Below are positions 37,918 through 47,609 of a stretch of 64,000 nucleotides of DNA, one piece after another. Source of the stretch: Bdellovibrionota bacterium (GTDB taxonomy: Bacteria > Bdellovibrionota_G > JALEGL01 > DATDPG01); contig OY764265.1 in NCBI GenBank assembly GCA_963668355.1, positions 2,432,001-2,496,000 on the forward strand, read 5' to 3'. Position 1 is the stretch's first letter. The number at the start of each line of letters is the position of its first letter. The position numbers were made by a program, and so were the translations under genes. Under the pieces are notes generated by a model. The model was given only the letters and a program-made list of their open reading frames with translations. It was not told the origin of the DNA and ran no database searches.

Positions 37918-39159
37918 TTAAATCATATCCAACGTGCGATTGAAGTCCTCCAAAAGATCGTTCCAGTCCTCAATGCCTACTGAAACGCGCAATAGGCCAT
38001 CCGTGATGCCCGCCTTCTGCCGAGTTTCCTCATCCAAATCACAGCTGATCGTGGTTGCCGGATGGGTGATGAGGGACTCCATGCCACCAAGACTGACGGC
38101 GAGTTTGCAAAGACCTACATTCCGTAGAAAATCGAAGGCCGCTTTTTTCCCACCTTTGACTTCAAACGTGAAAATGCCTCCGGGAAAAGCGCATTGCTTG
38201 TCTCGAATCCGGATCTGCTCTTTGTCTTCAAAGAGCGACGGATAGCCCACTCGATTGATTTTCGGATGATTTTTAAGCTCGTTGACGAGTCGTTCGGCCG
38301 ATTTGCTCTGTCGGTTCATTCGAAGCTCGACGGTTGGCAATCGACTGTTGAGAAGCCAACATTCATCGGGTGGCAAAATGGTTCCCAGAGAAGTACGTGT
38401 GGAAACGATTTTCTTCATCAGAGAGGTCTCTTTGCCCATCACAACTCCCGCGACGAGGTCGCTAAACCCCGCAAGATACTTTGTCGCGGAATACACCACC
38501 AGATCAGCACCGTGATTGAAGGGGTGTTGAAAAGTAGGGCCCATGAAAGTGTTGTCGACAACCACCAAAGGTTTTTCACCGGATTTGGTTTTAGCGGTTT
38601 CAACGGCCGAAGCAATATCGGTCATCATCAGCGTTGGATTGGACGGGGTTTCCATATAAACCATGGCCAAATCGTCCGTCGCGTTGATGAGTTCGTTGAG
38701 TTTTTGAGTGTCTCCTGAAGGGCAGGGAATTCCCTCGAAGCCCAGTTTTTTGGCCAATCCATGGTAGAACCCGATGGTCCCGCCGTAGAGTGGGGTTGTG
38801 TAGATGTATTTTTTGCCGGGTTGCATGATTGTAAAAAAGAGGGTGGAGATGGCCGATAGGCCGGAGTTGAACACGGCAGAGCAGGTCGCACCAGGTTCGA
38901 GAGCGATGACTTGGCTTTCAAAAATTTCCGCATTGGGATGAGAAAGTCGAGAATAGATGAGTTCAACATTTTCACCCGGTTTGGCTTCCGCACCGTGGGC
39001 CACATCAAAAGCTCTTTCTGCTGCTTCAGGGGAGGAGAAACAATAGGTGGAAGAGCGAAATACAGCGGGTCGAGCCGATCCTACGGAAAGCATCGGGTCA
39101 AAGCCTGCATGTAAAACGGCGGTACTGGGTCTTAAATTTTTTGCGTGTTTGTCTGACAT
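37918..39159 (-). CDS. Cys/Met metabolism PLP enzyme (methionine gamma-lyase / cystathionine gamma-synthase family)
   Basis: YSRLSHPN, ETPSNPT, VDNTF, YSATKYL, AVSLGG and RVSVGIE motifs. Confidence 0.92.
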   Translation of the reverse strand: MSDKHAKNLRPSTAVLHAGFDPMLSVGSARPAVFRSSTYCFSSPEAAERAFDVAHGAEAKPGENVELIYSRLSHPNAEIFESQVIALEPGATCSAVFNSGLSAISTLFFTIMQPGKKYIYTTPLYGGTIGFYHGLAKKLGFEGIPCPSGDTQKLNELINATDDLAMVYMETPSNPTLMMTDIASAVETAKTKSGEKPLVVVDNTFMGPTFQHPFNHGADLVVYSATKYLAGFSDLVAGVVMGKETSLMKKIVSTRTSLGTILPPDECWLLNSRLPTVELRMNRQSKSAERLVNELKNHPKINRVGYPSLFEDKEQIRIRDKQCAFPGGIFTFEVKGGKKAAFDFLRNVGLCKLAVSLGGMESLITHPATTISCDLDEETRQKAGITDGLLRVSVGIEDWNDLLEDFNRTLDMI

Positions 39160-39207
39160 GGTGGTTTTTATGTCATAGAAATTCGAAGTGAGAAAGGAAG
39201 AAAACGG

Positions 39208-40002
39208 TTATTTCAGGCGGAAGAGAAAAAAGGAAAAATCGTCTATGGCTTGAGGAACATGGGTTTCCGTATTGGACATTCGTTCCAGAAGCAAATTTTT
39301 GATTTCGTTCCTTGTCTGATCTAAATCACCTTTTCGAATCAGTTCATTCAACTCTTCGGATGTCACATTATCGGTGACCCCATCGCTCGCCATAAACACC
39401 GTATCTTTTTTGGCCAGGCGGTAGGGTGCGCCGACTTCAATCCGCATGTCTTCAAACCCCATCAAATTGTCTACAAAGTGCCTGTTCTTCAAGCAGTATG
39501 GGTGATCGGCTTCTGCAAATCCCGAAGCGAGCATATGACCCACGGGGGAGTGAGGAACCGTGAGGCGTTTCACCGCACCTTTTTGTCCAATGATTCGAAA
39601 GGAAGAGTCTCCGACGTGAAAAGAACGGACCTTTCGGCGATGCATTTCCAAAACGACTGCCGTGGAGCCGCTTCCTTTCCCCTGTTTTTGAATTTGACGG
39701 TTGGCTCGATCGAGCGTCATCAGAATGAGTGGGGTGAGGGGTTGTGTTTTTCGAATGCGAGAAAATTTCTTCGAAAACTCTTCCAGAATGATTCCCGAAG
39801 CCTCTTTTCCACTGGGTAGTCCCCCCGCACCATCGGCCAGGATTAAAAGCCCCTGATCTTTATTTACGGTTAGGGCGAGGAGTGCGTCTTCGTTGGAGGT
39901 CTCTTTATTGGGAGATCGTACGGAAAGCCCCGTGAGCCAGCCAAGTCCAAAAGAGGAGGTGGGCAACTCCCAAAAAGGTTCTTGTTGCGTGGAAAACGTC
40001 AT
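39208..40002 (-). CDS. PP2C/PPM family Ser/Thr phosphatase
   Basis: NEDA, LADGAGG, HVGDS, ASDGVTD and DDFS motifs. Confidence 0.9.
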   Translation of the reverse strand: MTFSTQQEPFWELPTSSFGLGWLTGLSVRSPNKETSNEDALLALTVNKDQGLLILADGAGGLPSGKEASGIILEEFSKKFSRIRKTQPLTPLILMTLDRANRQIQKQGKGSGSTAVVLEMHRRKVRSFHVGDSSFRIIGQKGAVKRLTVPHSPVGHMLASGFAEADHPYCLKNRHFVDNLMGFEDMRIEVGAPYRLAKKDTVFMASDGVTDNVTSEELNELIRKGDLDQTRNEIKNLLLERMSNTETHVPQAIDDFSFFLFRLK

Positions 40003-40727
40003 TTTTCAAGCAAGCTATCCAGGGTCATGGTTTCCAAATAGCGTCGGAGTTGGCCTGCGGTTCGGAATTTTTTGCGCAGCAGCGATCGTTTCAGTCCGCA
40101 CACCAGTTGTTTAATTTCCTTGGGTTGTTTGGAGTAGTGTTTGCTCCCCCCAATGGCTTCATGAAAGATTTGAATGAGTTTCATCGTATCCTCTTCGATG
40201 TTTTCATGACTGGCTCCATTCCAGTGAAATAGGTCAATGAGTTTTAAATCAAAATGGAGGCCGACGCGTCGGAGGATGACATTGTCCGTGTGAAGATCTC
40301 CGTGATATTCCCGATGGCGATGGACTTCTTCCATGCCCTTGGCCAATTCATAGAGTAGATGAAGTGCTTGATAGGTATCGAGCCTCTTTCCTTTTCGGCT
40401 TTCAATGTACTGAGACAACATGAGGCCTTCGACATATTCGGAAACCAAGTAGAAAATTCGTTGTCGCCTAAACTGAATTTCTTCCATGGTGTTGTAGTGA
40501 ATGAGGATGCTGCAGCTTCTGAGTTTGTGAAGTTTTTTGGCGAAAAATTTTAGGGCCTTGTTTTTTTGATTTCGTTCCGGAAAAAAGAATTTTGCCGCGC
40601 GCTCAATCCCGGTTTCAAGCTCTTCCAATTTGTAGACTTCACCTTCCCAGCCCACGCCCAATCGTTCGATAATTTTATATTTTCGGGAAAGAACACGTCC
40701 CGGCTCAAAATCAAAAGAATCAATCAT
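39999..40727 (-). CDS. Stand-alone Hanks-type Ser/Thr protein kinase
   Basis: LGVGWEGEVY, AAK, HGDLHTDN and KLIDL motifs; ORF extends to 40736. Confidence 0.85.
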   Translation of the reverse strand: MIDSFDFEPGRVLSRKYKIIERLGVGWEGEVYKLEELETGIERAAKFFFPERNQKNKALKFFAKKLHKLRSCSILIHYNTMEEIQFRRQRIFYLVSEYVEGLMLSQYIESRKGKRLDTYQALHLLYELAKGMEEVHRHREYHGDLHTDNVILRRVGLHFDLKLIDLFHWNGASHENIEEDTMKLIQIFHEAIGGSKHYSKQPKEIKQLVCGLKRSLLRKKFRTAGQLRRYLETMTLDSLLEK

Positions 40728-40799
40728 GATTACCAATTAGTTTCTCTGCGAAACCCACAAAAATCTATAATAAAGATGAATCTATGTAGTTGTTACGCG

Positions 40800-40890
40800 G
40801 GAGTGTTGAATAACTAGGGTTTGGGAGTCTCGGAAGCGCTTCGTTTACTCCGTCGAATGGCTCGCGCGTCTGCCATGCAAACAGAGGAGT
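40800..40890 (+). repeat. ~90-bp imperfect repeat, copy 1
   Basis: Aligns with 42741-42831 (shared blocks ATAACTAG, GGGAGTCT, GGAAGC, TTCGTTT, CTCGCGCGT, AGGAGT). Confidence 0.8.
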
Positions 40891-41152
40891 TTCTGTAAAT
40901 TTCGTAAAGCCACGCACTTAAAATACTCTGGAGGCTCTGCTTAATTTCTCCCCCCGAAAACAAAACATTTCCGAGACGTGCATGTCTGCTTCCACTCCTT
41001 AGGCAATTGGATAGTGGATTAAACGACAGGCCCCGCCCATCGGGAATGGAAAGGACTTGTGAGTTGCGTTTTTTTCCCTACAATGCTGGCCGAATTGGCG
41101 GCTTTTGGGCTACCTTTTCCCCAAAATATTTACAACCAACGGAGTGAAAAAA

Positions 41153-42727
41153 ATGACGAATCCGACGATCTCTCAGGCGTTAAAAGGCAATCGCAAAACC
41201 ATGAATTGGGATCTTCTCTTTGAAGAGTTAGGACTGGCCAAAGAAAATGTGGGGGCTTTTCACGGGGAATGGTTCGGTTCAGGAGAGATCCTTAACGTTC
41301 ACACTCCAATCGATGGTTCCGAAATTGGTTCGGTCAAACAATGCACTTCTGAAGAGTATGAAAAGGTATCAGCCAAAGCGCATCAAGCTTTTTTGAAATG
41401 GCGAACGGTTCCGGCCCCGAAACGGGGAGAGGTTGTTCGTCAGATTGGAAACGAGCTTCGAAAGTATAAAGAAGTGTTGGCTGCCTTGGTCACCTTGGAA
41501 ATGGGAAAAATTCGCGCCGAAGGCGAGGGCGAAGTTCAAGAGATGATTGACATCTGTGACTTTGCTGTGGGGCTGTCTCGACAACTTTATGGTTTGTCCA
41601 TGCATTCCGAGCGTCCGGGGCATCGCATGTATGAGCAATGGCATCCACTGGGTGTCGTGGGGATTATCAGCGCCTTTAACTTCCCTGTTGCCGTTTGGTC
41701 TTGGAATGCAGCTTTGGCCTGGGTTTGTGGAGATGCCATTTTGTGGAAACCTTCCAGTCAAACTCCGCTTACGGCCATCGCGTGTACGAAAATTGCGGCC
41801 CGCGTGTTTGAGAGAAATGGCTTTGACCCAGCGTTGTCCAGTTTGGTGATCGGAAAAGGACGAGAAGTGGGTGAAAAGATGTTGCACGACAAACGGGTCC
41901 CTCTGGTCAGTGCCACAGGTTCTTGTCAAATGGGTTATCGCGTGGGCGAGATCGTTGGAAAACGCCTGGGACGTACCATTCTCGAATTAGGTGGGAACAA
42001 CGCCATCGTCGTTTCCAAAGAAGCCGATATGGATATGGCGATTCGAGCCATTCTCTTTGGAGCTGTGGGGACTGCCGGTCAAAGATGCACATCTACTCGA
42101 CGGATTCTCTGTGAAGAATCGGTTTTTGATACGCTCAAGGAGAGGCTTGTCAAAGCGTATGAGCAGGTCAAAATCGGTGATCCTCTTCAAGACGGAACGC
42201 TCATGGGACCGATGGTTGCGACCGGCGAGGTCGATACCATGATGAAGGCGATCGAAAGGCTCAAAAAGGAAGGTGGGCAAGTCATCTATGGAGGTGAAAA
42301 ACTTTCAGGAGATGAAACTCCCGGTGGGCACTATGTGACGCCGTGTATTTGCCAAGCGAAGAATGAATATGAAATTGTTCAAGAAGAAACTTTTGCGCCG
42401 ATTTTGTATTTGATTCCGATCAAGAATATGGAAGAGGCCATGGAGCTTCATAATGATGTTCCTCAAGGACTTTCTTCGGCCATCTTTACGAAGAATCTCT
42501 TGGAAGCCGAAAATTTCTTAAGTGCAGCTGGTAGTGATTGCGGAATCGCCAATGTGAACATCGGCACCAGCGGTGCGGAAATTGGTGGGGCTTTCGGAGG
42601 TGAAAAAGAAACCGGTGGAGGCCGCGAGAGCGGATCTGACTCCTGGAAAGCCTATATGCGAAGACAAACCAACACGATTAACTGGAGCACGGAATTGCCT
42701 CTGGCTCAAGGGATCTCGTTCGGTTAG
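41153..42727 (+). CDS. Aldehyde dehydrogenase family 7 (aminoadipate-semialdehyde / piperideine-6-carboxylate dehydrogenase-like)
   Basis: SAFNFPVAVWSWN, LELGGNNA, GQRCT, GAEIGGAFGGEKETGGGRESGSD and ELPLAQGI motifs. Confidence 0.92.
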   Translation: MTNPTISQALKGNRKTMNWDLLFEELGLAKENVGAFHGEWFGSGEILNVHTPIDGSEIGSVKQCTSEEYEKVSAKAHQAFLKWRTVPAPKRGEVVRQIGNELRKYKEVLAALVTLEMGKIRAEGEGEVQEMIDICDFAVGLSRQLYGLSMHSERPGHRMYEQWHPLGVVGIISAFNFPVAVWSWNAALAWVCGDAILWKPSSQTPLTAIACTKIAARVFERNGFDPALSSLVIGKGREVGEKMLHDKRVPLVSATGSCQMGYRVGEIVGKRLGRTILELGGNNAIVVSKEADMDMAIRAILFGAVGTAGQRCTSTRRILCEESVFDTLKERLVKAYEQVKIGDPLQDGTLMGPMVATGEVDTMMKAIERLKKEGGQVIYGGEKLSGDETPGGHYVTPCICQAKNEYEIVQEETFAPILYLIPIKNMEEAMELHNDVPQGLSSAIFTKNLLEAENFLSAAGSDCGIANVNIGTSGAEIGGAFGGEKETGGGRESGSDSWKAYMRRQTNTINWSTELPLAQGISFG

Positions 42728-42740
42728 TCGAACTCCTAAG

Positions 42741-42831
42741 GGAGCGTTGGATAACTAGAGCCGGGAGTCTGGGAAGCATTTCGTTTTCTCTGTCCAATGC
42801 CTCGCGCGTATGTCGTTCAGATCGAAGGAGT
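42741..42831 (+). repeat. ~90-bp imperfect repeat, copy 2
   Basis: Aligns with 40800-40890. Confidence 0.8.
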
Positions 42832-42876
42832 GCCTGGGGGGTTTCATTTGGTCGAAAATGAGGCTAGAAGGGGGGC

Positions 42877-45156
42877 GTGGAGCCTGTTTTAAGAATCCGG
42901 ATGTGTATTCGAGGAGCCGTTCAGGGCGTGGGATTTCGCCCGAACGTCTACCGGATTGCCACTGAAATGGGCCTAAAGGGATGGGTTAACAATACGGTCC
43001 AAGGGGTTTTGATTGAGGCCGAAGGCTCCAAAAGCACTCTAGAAGAATTTAAGCGGAGGGTGATCCATGACAAACCACCTTTGGCCGTCATTCAAGGTTC
43101 GGAATCGTCTTTTTTGGACCCCGTAGGGTTTGACGTCTTTGAAGTTCAAGAAAGTGAGGGAAGTGGCGAAAAAAGCACATTGGTTTTGCCTGATGTGGCC
43201 ACCTGTCCGGATTGTTTGAAAGAAGTGTTCGATCCCAAGGATCGTCGATATTTATATCCCTTCACAAACTGTACAAACTGTGGGCCGCGTTTCTCCATCA
43301 TTGAAACGCTTCCCTATGACCGAGAACGAACCTCCATGAAAGCTTTTCCCATGTGTTCGTCCTGTCGGGAAGAATATGAAGATCCTTCCAATCGTCGATT
43401 CCACGCACAACCCAATGCCTGTCCGGACTGTGGTCCTCAGTTGGCGTTTTGGAATGCCGAAGGAACGTCTTTGGCCAAGAAGCATGAAGGATTGATGCTC
43501 GCTGTGGATGAACTGAAAAAAGGGCATGTGTTAGCAGTGAAAGGCCTGGGCGGTTTTCACTTAATGGTGGACGCTCGATCTTCGGATGCGATTTCCCGCT
43601 TGAGAACCCGAAAGCATCGTGAAGAAAAACCATTGGCAGTCATGTTCCCAAACATTCAATCCTTGGAGTCCTCGCTTTCAGTTTCCTCCATTGAAAAAGG
43701 GCTCTTGGAGGGCCCGGAGTGTCCGATCGTTTTGCTTTCCAAAAAAGACAATATGGAGATTTCCGAAAAGGTTTCTCCACAAAACCCAACGGTAGGCGCT
43801 TTTCTCCCCTACACGCCATTACACCACATTCTTCTTCAGGAATTTGGGTTTCCGGTGGTTGCAACGAGCGCCAATCATACCGATGAACCCATCTGTACAG
43901 ATGAACAGGAAGCTTTGAAACGTTTGTCGGAAATTGCGGATGCCTACTTGATTCATGATCGTCCCATCGTGCGATATGTGGATGATTCCATTGCTCGCGT
44001 CATGGCGAAACGACCCATGTTGCTGAGGCGGGCGCGTGGTTATGCTCCGTTACCCGTTCAAGAAATTGAAAGCGATCACGAGGTCTTGGCATTGGGAGCG
44101 CATCTGAAAAACACGATCAGCTTTTCGCGAAAAGGAAATGTTTTCTTGAGTCACCACTTGGGAGATCTTGAAAATTCTAAAGCCATTGCCGCGTTTCAGA
44201 ATACGGTGGAAAGTTTGCCGAGTCTTTATGACCAAAAAATTTCCCATGTCGTTTGTGACTTACATCCTGATTATTTCAGCTCGCAATATGCAACGAAACT
44301 GAATTTGCCGATCCAAAGGATTCAACATCATTATGCCCATGTTCGTTCCTGCATGACTGACAATGACTTGCAGTCACCTGTTCTCGGGGTTGCATGGGAT
44401 GGAACGGGACTGGGCACGGACCGAACCATTTGGGGGAGCGAATTTTTGACGGTGAATGAAGGAGGGTGGAAACGGGTCGGTCATATTCGTTCTTTTTCCT
44501 TGCCGGGGGGAGATGCCTCCGCCCGAAAACCGAATCGTGTGGCCATGGGTTTGTTGAACGAAATCTTGGGGAAGGAGGCGTTCGTTCGAAAGTCTCGCTC
44601 GCTTGAATCGATGGACGCTCAAAATTTGGGAATGCTTTCTTCCATGTTTGAAAAACAGCTTCAGTGTGTGCCTACGACCAGCATGGGACGTTTGTTTGAT
44701 GCCGTTGCTTCCTTGATTGGATTGCGGCAATCTTGCTCCTTCGAAGGACAGGCTGCGATGGAATTGGAATTTGCCGCATCCAAAGCAGATGAAAAGGAAT
44801 GTCCAACCTACTCACTGGACCTGAGAGAGTCTCCGGATTCTGAGGGGGCGCTCATTCTGGATTGGGAAACCCTGGTGAAAAGAATTTTGGAGGATGCGGC
44901 CCAGGGAGTTGAAATTGGGGCGATGGCCCAGGGGTTTCACAAGGCCTTGGTGGAGGGAATCGTCTCGGTTGCCAAACATCAAGGTATGGAGAAAGTGTTA
45001 CTTACGGGAGGCTGTTTTCAGAACAAATTTTTAACAGAGCACGCCATTTTGAGGTTGAAGGAAAGTGGTTTTCAGCCATATTGGCACCAACGAATCCCTC
45101 CGAATGATGGTGGAATCTCGGTGGGACAATTGATGGCGGGGATTGAGGAAGAATAA
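42877..45156 (+). CDS. hypF: Carbamoyltransferase HypF
   Basis: VQGVGFRP, two CxxC-x18-CxxC zinc fingers, QHHYAH and PPNDGGIS motifs. Confidence 0.97.
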   Translation: MEPVLRIRMCIRGAVQGVGFRPNVYRIATEMGLKGWVNNTVQGVLIEAEGSKSTLEEFKRRVIHDKPPLAVIQGSESSFLDPVGFDVFEVQESEGSGEKSTLVLPDVATCPDCLKEVFDPKDRRYLYPFTNCTNCGPRFSIIETLPYDRERTSMKAFPMCSSCREEYEDPSNRRFHAQPNACPDCGPQLAFWNAEGTSLAKKHEGLMLAVDELKKGHVLAVKGLGGFHLMVDARSSDAISRLRTRKHREEKPLAVMFPNIQSLESSLSVSSIEKGLLEGPECPIVLLSKKDNMEISEKVSPQNPTVGAFLPYTPLHHILLQEFGFPVVATSANHTDEPICTDEQEALKRLSEIADAYLIHDRPIVRYVDDSIARVMAKRPMLLRRARGYAPLPVQEIESDHEVLALGAHLKNTISFSRKGNVFLSHHLGDLENSKAIAAFQNTVESLPSLYDQKISHVVCDLHPDYFSSQYATKLNLPIQRIQHHYAHVRSCMTDNDLQSPVLGVAWDGTGLGTDRTIWGSEFLTVNEGGWKRVGHIRSFSLPGGDASARKPNRVAMGLLNEILGKEAFVRKSRSLESMDAQNLGMLSSMFEKQLQCVPTTSMGRLFDAVASLIGLRQSCSFEGQAAMELEFAASKADEKECPTYSLDLRESPDSEGALILDWETLVKRILEDAAQGVEIGAMAQGFHKALVEGIVSVAKHQGMEKVLLTGGCFQNKFLTEHAILRLKESGFQPYWHQRIPPNDGGISVGQLMAGIEEE

Positions 45157-45157
45157 T

Positions 45158-45412
45158 ATGTGTCTAGCGGTACCTGGTCAGATTAAAGAGATTGTCGTGG
45201 AAGATGAATTGGCTCGAACGGGAAAGGTCGATTTCAATGGAATCATTAAAGAAGTAAATCTTTCCTATGTTCCTGAGGCGAAGGTGGGTGAGTTTGTCAT
45301 CGTACATGTAGGATTTGCCATCAGCGTGGTCGATGAGGAAGAGGCTCACGAGACGTTGAGATACTTCGAAGAATTAAATGAACTACAGGATTTGATGGAG
45401 AAGGATGAATGA
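45158..45412 (+). CDS. hypC: Hydrogenase chaperone HypC
   Basis: MCLAVPG and VIVHVGFA motifs. Confidence 0.97.
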   Translation: MCLAVPGQIKEIVVEDELARTGKVDFNGIIKEVNLSYVPEAKVGEFVIVHVGFAISVVDEEEAHETLRYFEELNELQDLMEKDE

Positions 45413-46500
45413 AGTTCATTGATGAATATCGGAATCCTGACTTGGCCAAACGAGTGGTCGAGGCCATTCATCGAGATACAAAGGGAAAATGGTCTTTGAT
45501 GGAGGTCTGCGGGGGCCAAACGCATACCATTGTGAAATACGGCATCGATGAACTCATTCCAGATTCCATTACATTGATACATGGACCGGGATGTCCGGTT
45601 TGTGTCACGCCGGTTGAGCAAATTGATAAAGGGATCGAGATTGCCGCTAAACCCAATGTTATTTTTTGTACATTTGGTGACATGATGCGTGTTCCTGGTT
45701 CTCAAACAGATCTTCGTGCAACGAAAGCCTCTGGGGGAGACGTACGCATTGTGTACTCCCCTTTGGATGCCTTGAGATTAGCCAAAGAAAATCCAGATAA
45801 AGAAGTAGTTTTCTTTGCTGTGGGTTTTGAAACAACGGCTCCTGCAAACGCGATGACAGTGGCGCAAGCAAAACGAGAAGGCATTGAGAATTTCTCTCTT
45901 CTCGTGTCACAAGTCATGGTTCCACCGGCTATGGAGGCCGTTCTTTCTTCTCCGGCCAATCGTGTGAACGGGTTTTTGGCTGCTGGGCATGTTTGTACGG
46001 TGATGGGAATGGATGAATATTTTCCTATTTCCAAAAAATATCGAGTTCCCATTGTCGTCACGGGGTTTGAACCCATGGATATTCTCCAGGGGATTCATAT
46101 GTGTGTGAAACAGCTGGAATCAAATCAATTTGACGTCGAAAATCAATATTCGCGATCCGTTTCTGGAAAAGGAAACCTTCCAGCTCGGGAGATGATTCAA
46201 AAGATTTTCAAAATCATTCCTCGAAAATGGAGAGGCATTGGAGATATTCCACAGAGTGGTCTGGGCTTGTCAGAAAGCTACCAAGCCTTTGATGCAGAAA
46301 ACCGGTTTGGGGTTGCGGATAAACACGTAGAAGAGAATACGGAATGCATCTCCGGATTGGTTTTGCAGGGTGAGAAGAAACCTCACGAGTGTCGCTTATT
46401 TGGAAACAAATGCACGCCAGATACTCCGATCGGAGCGACGATGGTGTCGGGTGAGGGGGCTTGCGCTGCATATTACCACTATAGAGGTTTGAAACACTGA
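45409..46500 (+). CDS. hypD: Hydrogenase maturation protein HypD
   Basis: [21 protein letters not shown] and MVSGEGAC motifs. Confidence 0.97.
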   Translation: MKFIDEYRNPDLAKRVVEAIHRDTKGKWSLMEVCGGQTHTIVKYGIDELIPDSITLIHGPGCPVCVTPVEQIDKGIEIAAKPNVIFCTFGDMMRVPGSQTDLRATKASGGDVRIVYSPLDALRLAKENPDKEVVFFAVGFETTAPANAMTVAQAKREGIENFSLLVSQVMVPPAMEAVLSSPANRVNGFLAAGHVCTVMGMDEYFPISKKYRVPIVVTGFEPMDILQGIHMCVKQLESNQFDVENQYSRSVSGKGNLPAREMIQKIFKIIPRKWRGIGDIPQSGLGLSESYQAFDAENRFGVADKHVEENTECISGLVLQGEKKPHECRLFGNKCTPDTPIGATMVSGEGACAAYYHYRGLKH

Positions 46501-46562
46501 GAAATGAAAAAGGTTCAGAACGTGCATCACTTTTTTGGTACTAACGACTCTGGAGTCATTTT

Positions 46563-47594
46563 ATGAACTGTCCCATTCCTTTGAGCGAATATCCTCATAT
46601 TCTTTTGGCGCATGGAGGCGGGGGGCGTCTCATGCAGAACCTCATTCAAAAAATGTTTGCAGATGTTTTTGCTTCTTCCTCTTTGAGTGAACTTCATGAT
46701 GGTGCGGTATTGGAAAATCCGGGAAAACGCTTGGCATTCACAACGGATTCTTTTGTTGTGCAACCGTTATTTTTTCCCGGAGGAGACATCGGGAAAATTG
46801 CCATTTGTGGAACCGTTAACGATCTGGCCATGTGTGGGGCAAAACCACTTTTTTTGAGTGTTGGAATGATTCTCGAGGAAGGTTTTTCCATGGAAACGCT
46901 TTGGGAAGTTGTCCAAAGCATGAAAGTCTCCGCCGACCAAGCGGGCGTTCAGATTGTCACGGGGGATACCAAGGTCGTTGAAAAGGGGAAGGGCGATGGC
47001 ATTTTTATCAACACCTCTGGAATTGGAGTGATCGAACACGAGACGGTGATTTCTCCCTCTTCCATTCAACCTGGAGATAAAATCGTTCTGAGTGGGGATA
47101 TTGGTCGACACGGCATGGCGATCATGGCGAAGAGAGAAAACCTAACTTTTGAGTCTGAGATTCAAAGTGATGTGAATCCACTTCATGAACCGGCTCTGGA
47201 TTTGTTGAGACATGGCCTTGATGTGAAATGTTTGAGAGATGCCACCCGTGGTGGAGTGGCTTCGGTTTTAAACGAGTTGGCTCAAAGCAGAGAACTTGAT
47301 GTGGAAATTGAAGAAGGGGCGTACGTCGTTCACCCCGATGTGCGAGGTGCATGTGAGATTCTGGGGTTAGACCCATTGTATGTTGCGAATGAGGGAACGT
47401 TCGTTGCCGTGGTTTCTAAAAAAGACTCAGACAAAGCCGTTGAAATCTTAAAAAAGCATAAAGAATGTCAACAGGCTAGCCTCGTGGGCACGGTTCAAGA
47501 ATCCACGGGGGGTCTTCTGTTTCTCAGAAACGCTTTTGGAACGAAGCGCATCGTTCAAATGCTAAGTGGAGAGCAATTGCCTCGAATCTGCTAA
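46563..47594 (+). CDS. hypE: Hydrogenase maturation protein HypE
   Basis: LAHGGGG, RDATRGG and C-terminal LPRIC motifs. Confidence 0.97.
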   Translation: MNCPIPLSEYPHILLAHGGGGRLMQNLIQKMFADVFASSSLSELHDGAVLENPGKRLAFTTDSFVVQPLFFPGGDIGKIAICGTVNDLAMCGAKPLFLSVGMILEEGFSMETLWEVVQSMKVSADQAGVQIVTGDTKVVEKGKGDGIFINTSGIGVIEHETVISPSSIQPGDKIVLSGDIGRHGMAIMAKRENLTFESEIQSDVNPLHEPALDLLRHGLDVKCLRDATRGGVASVLNELAQSRELDVEIEEGAYVVHPDVRGACEILGLDPLYVANEGTFVAVVSKKDSDKAVEILKKHKECQQASLVGTVQESTGGLLFLRNAFGTKRIVQMLSGEQLPRIC

Positions 47595-47609
47595 GCGTCG
47601 ACGGCTCTT

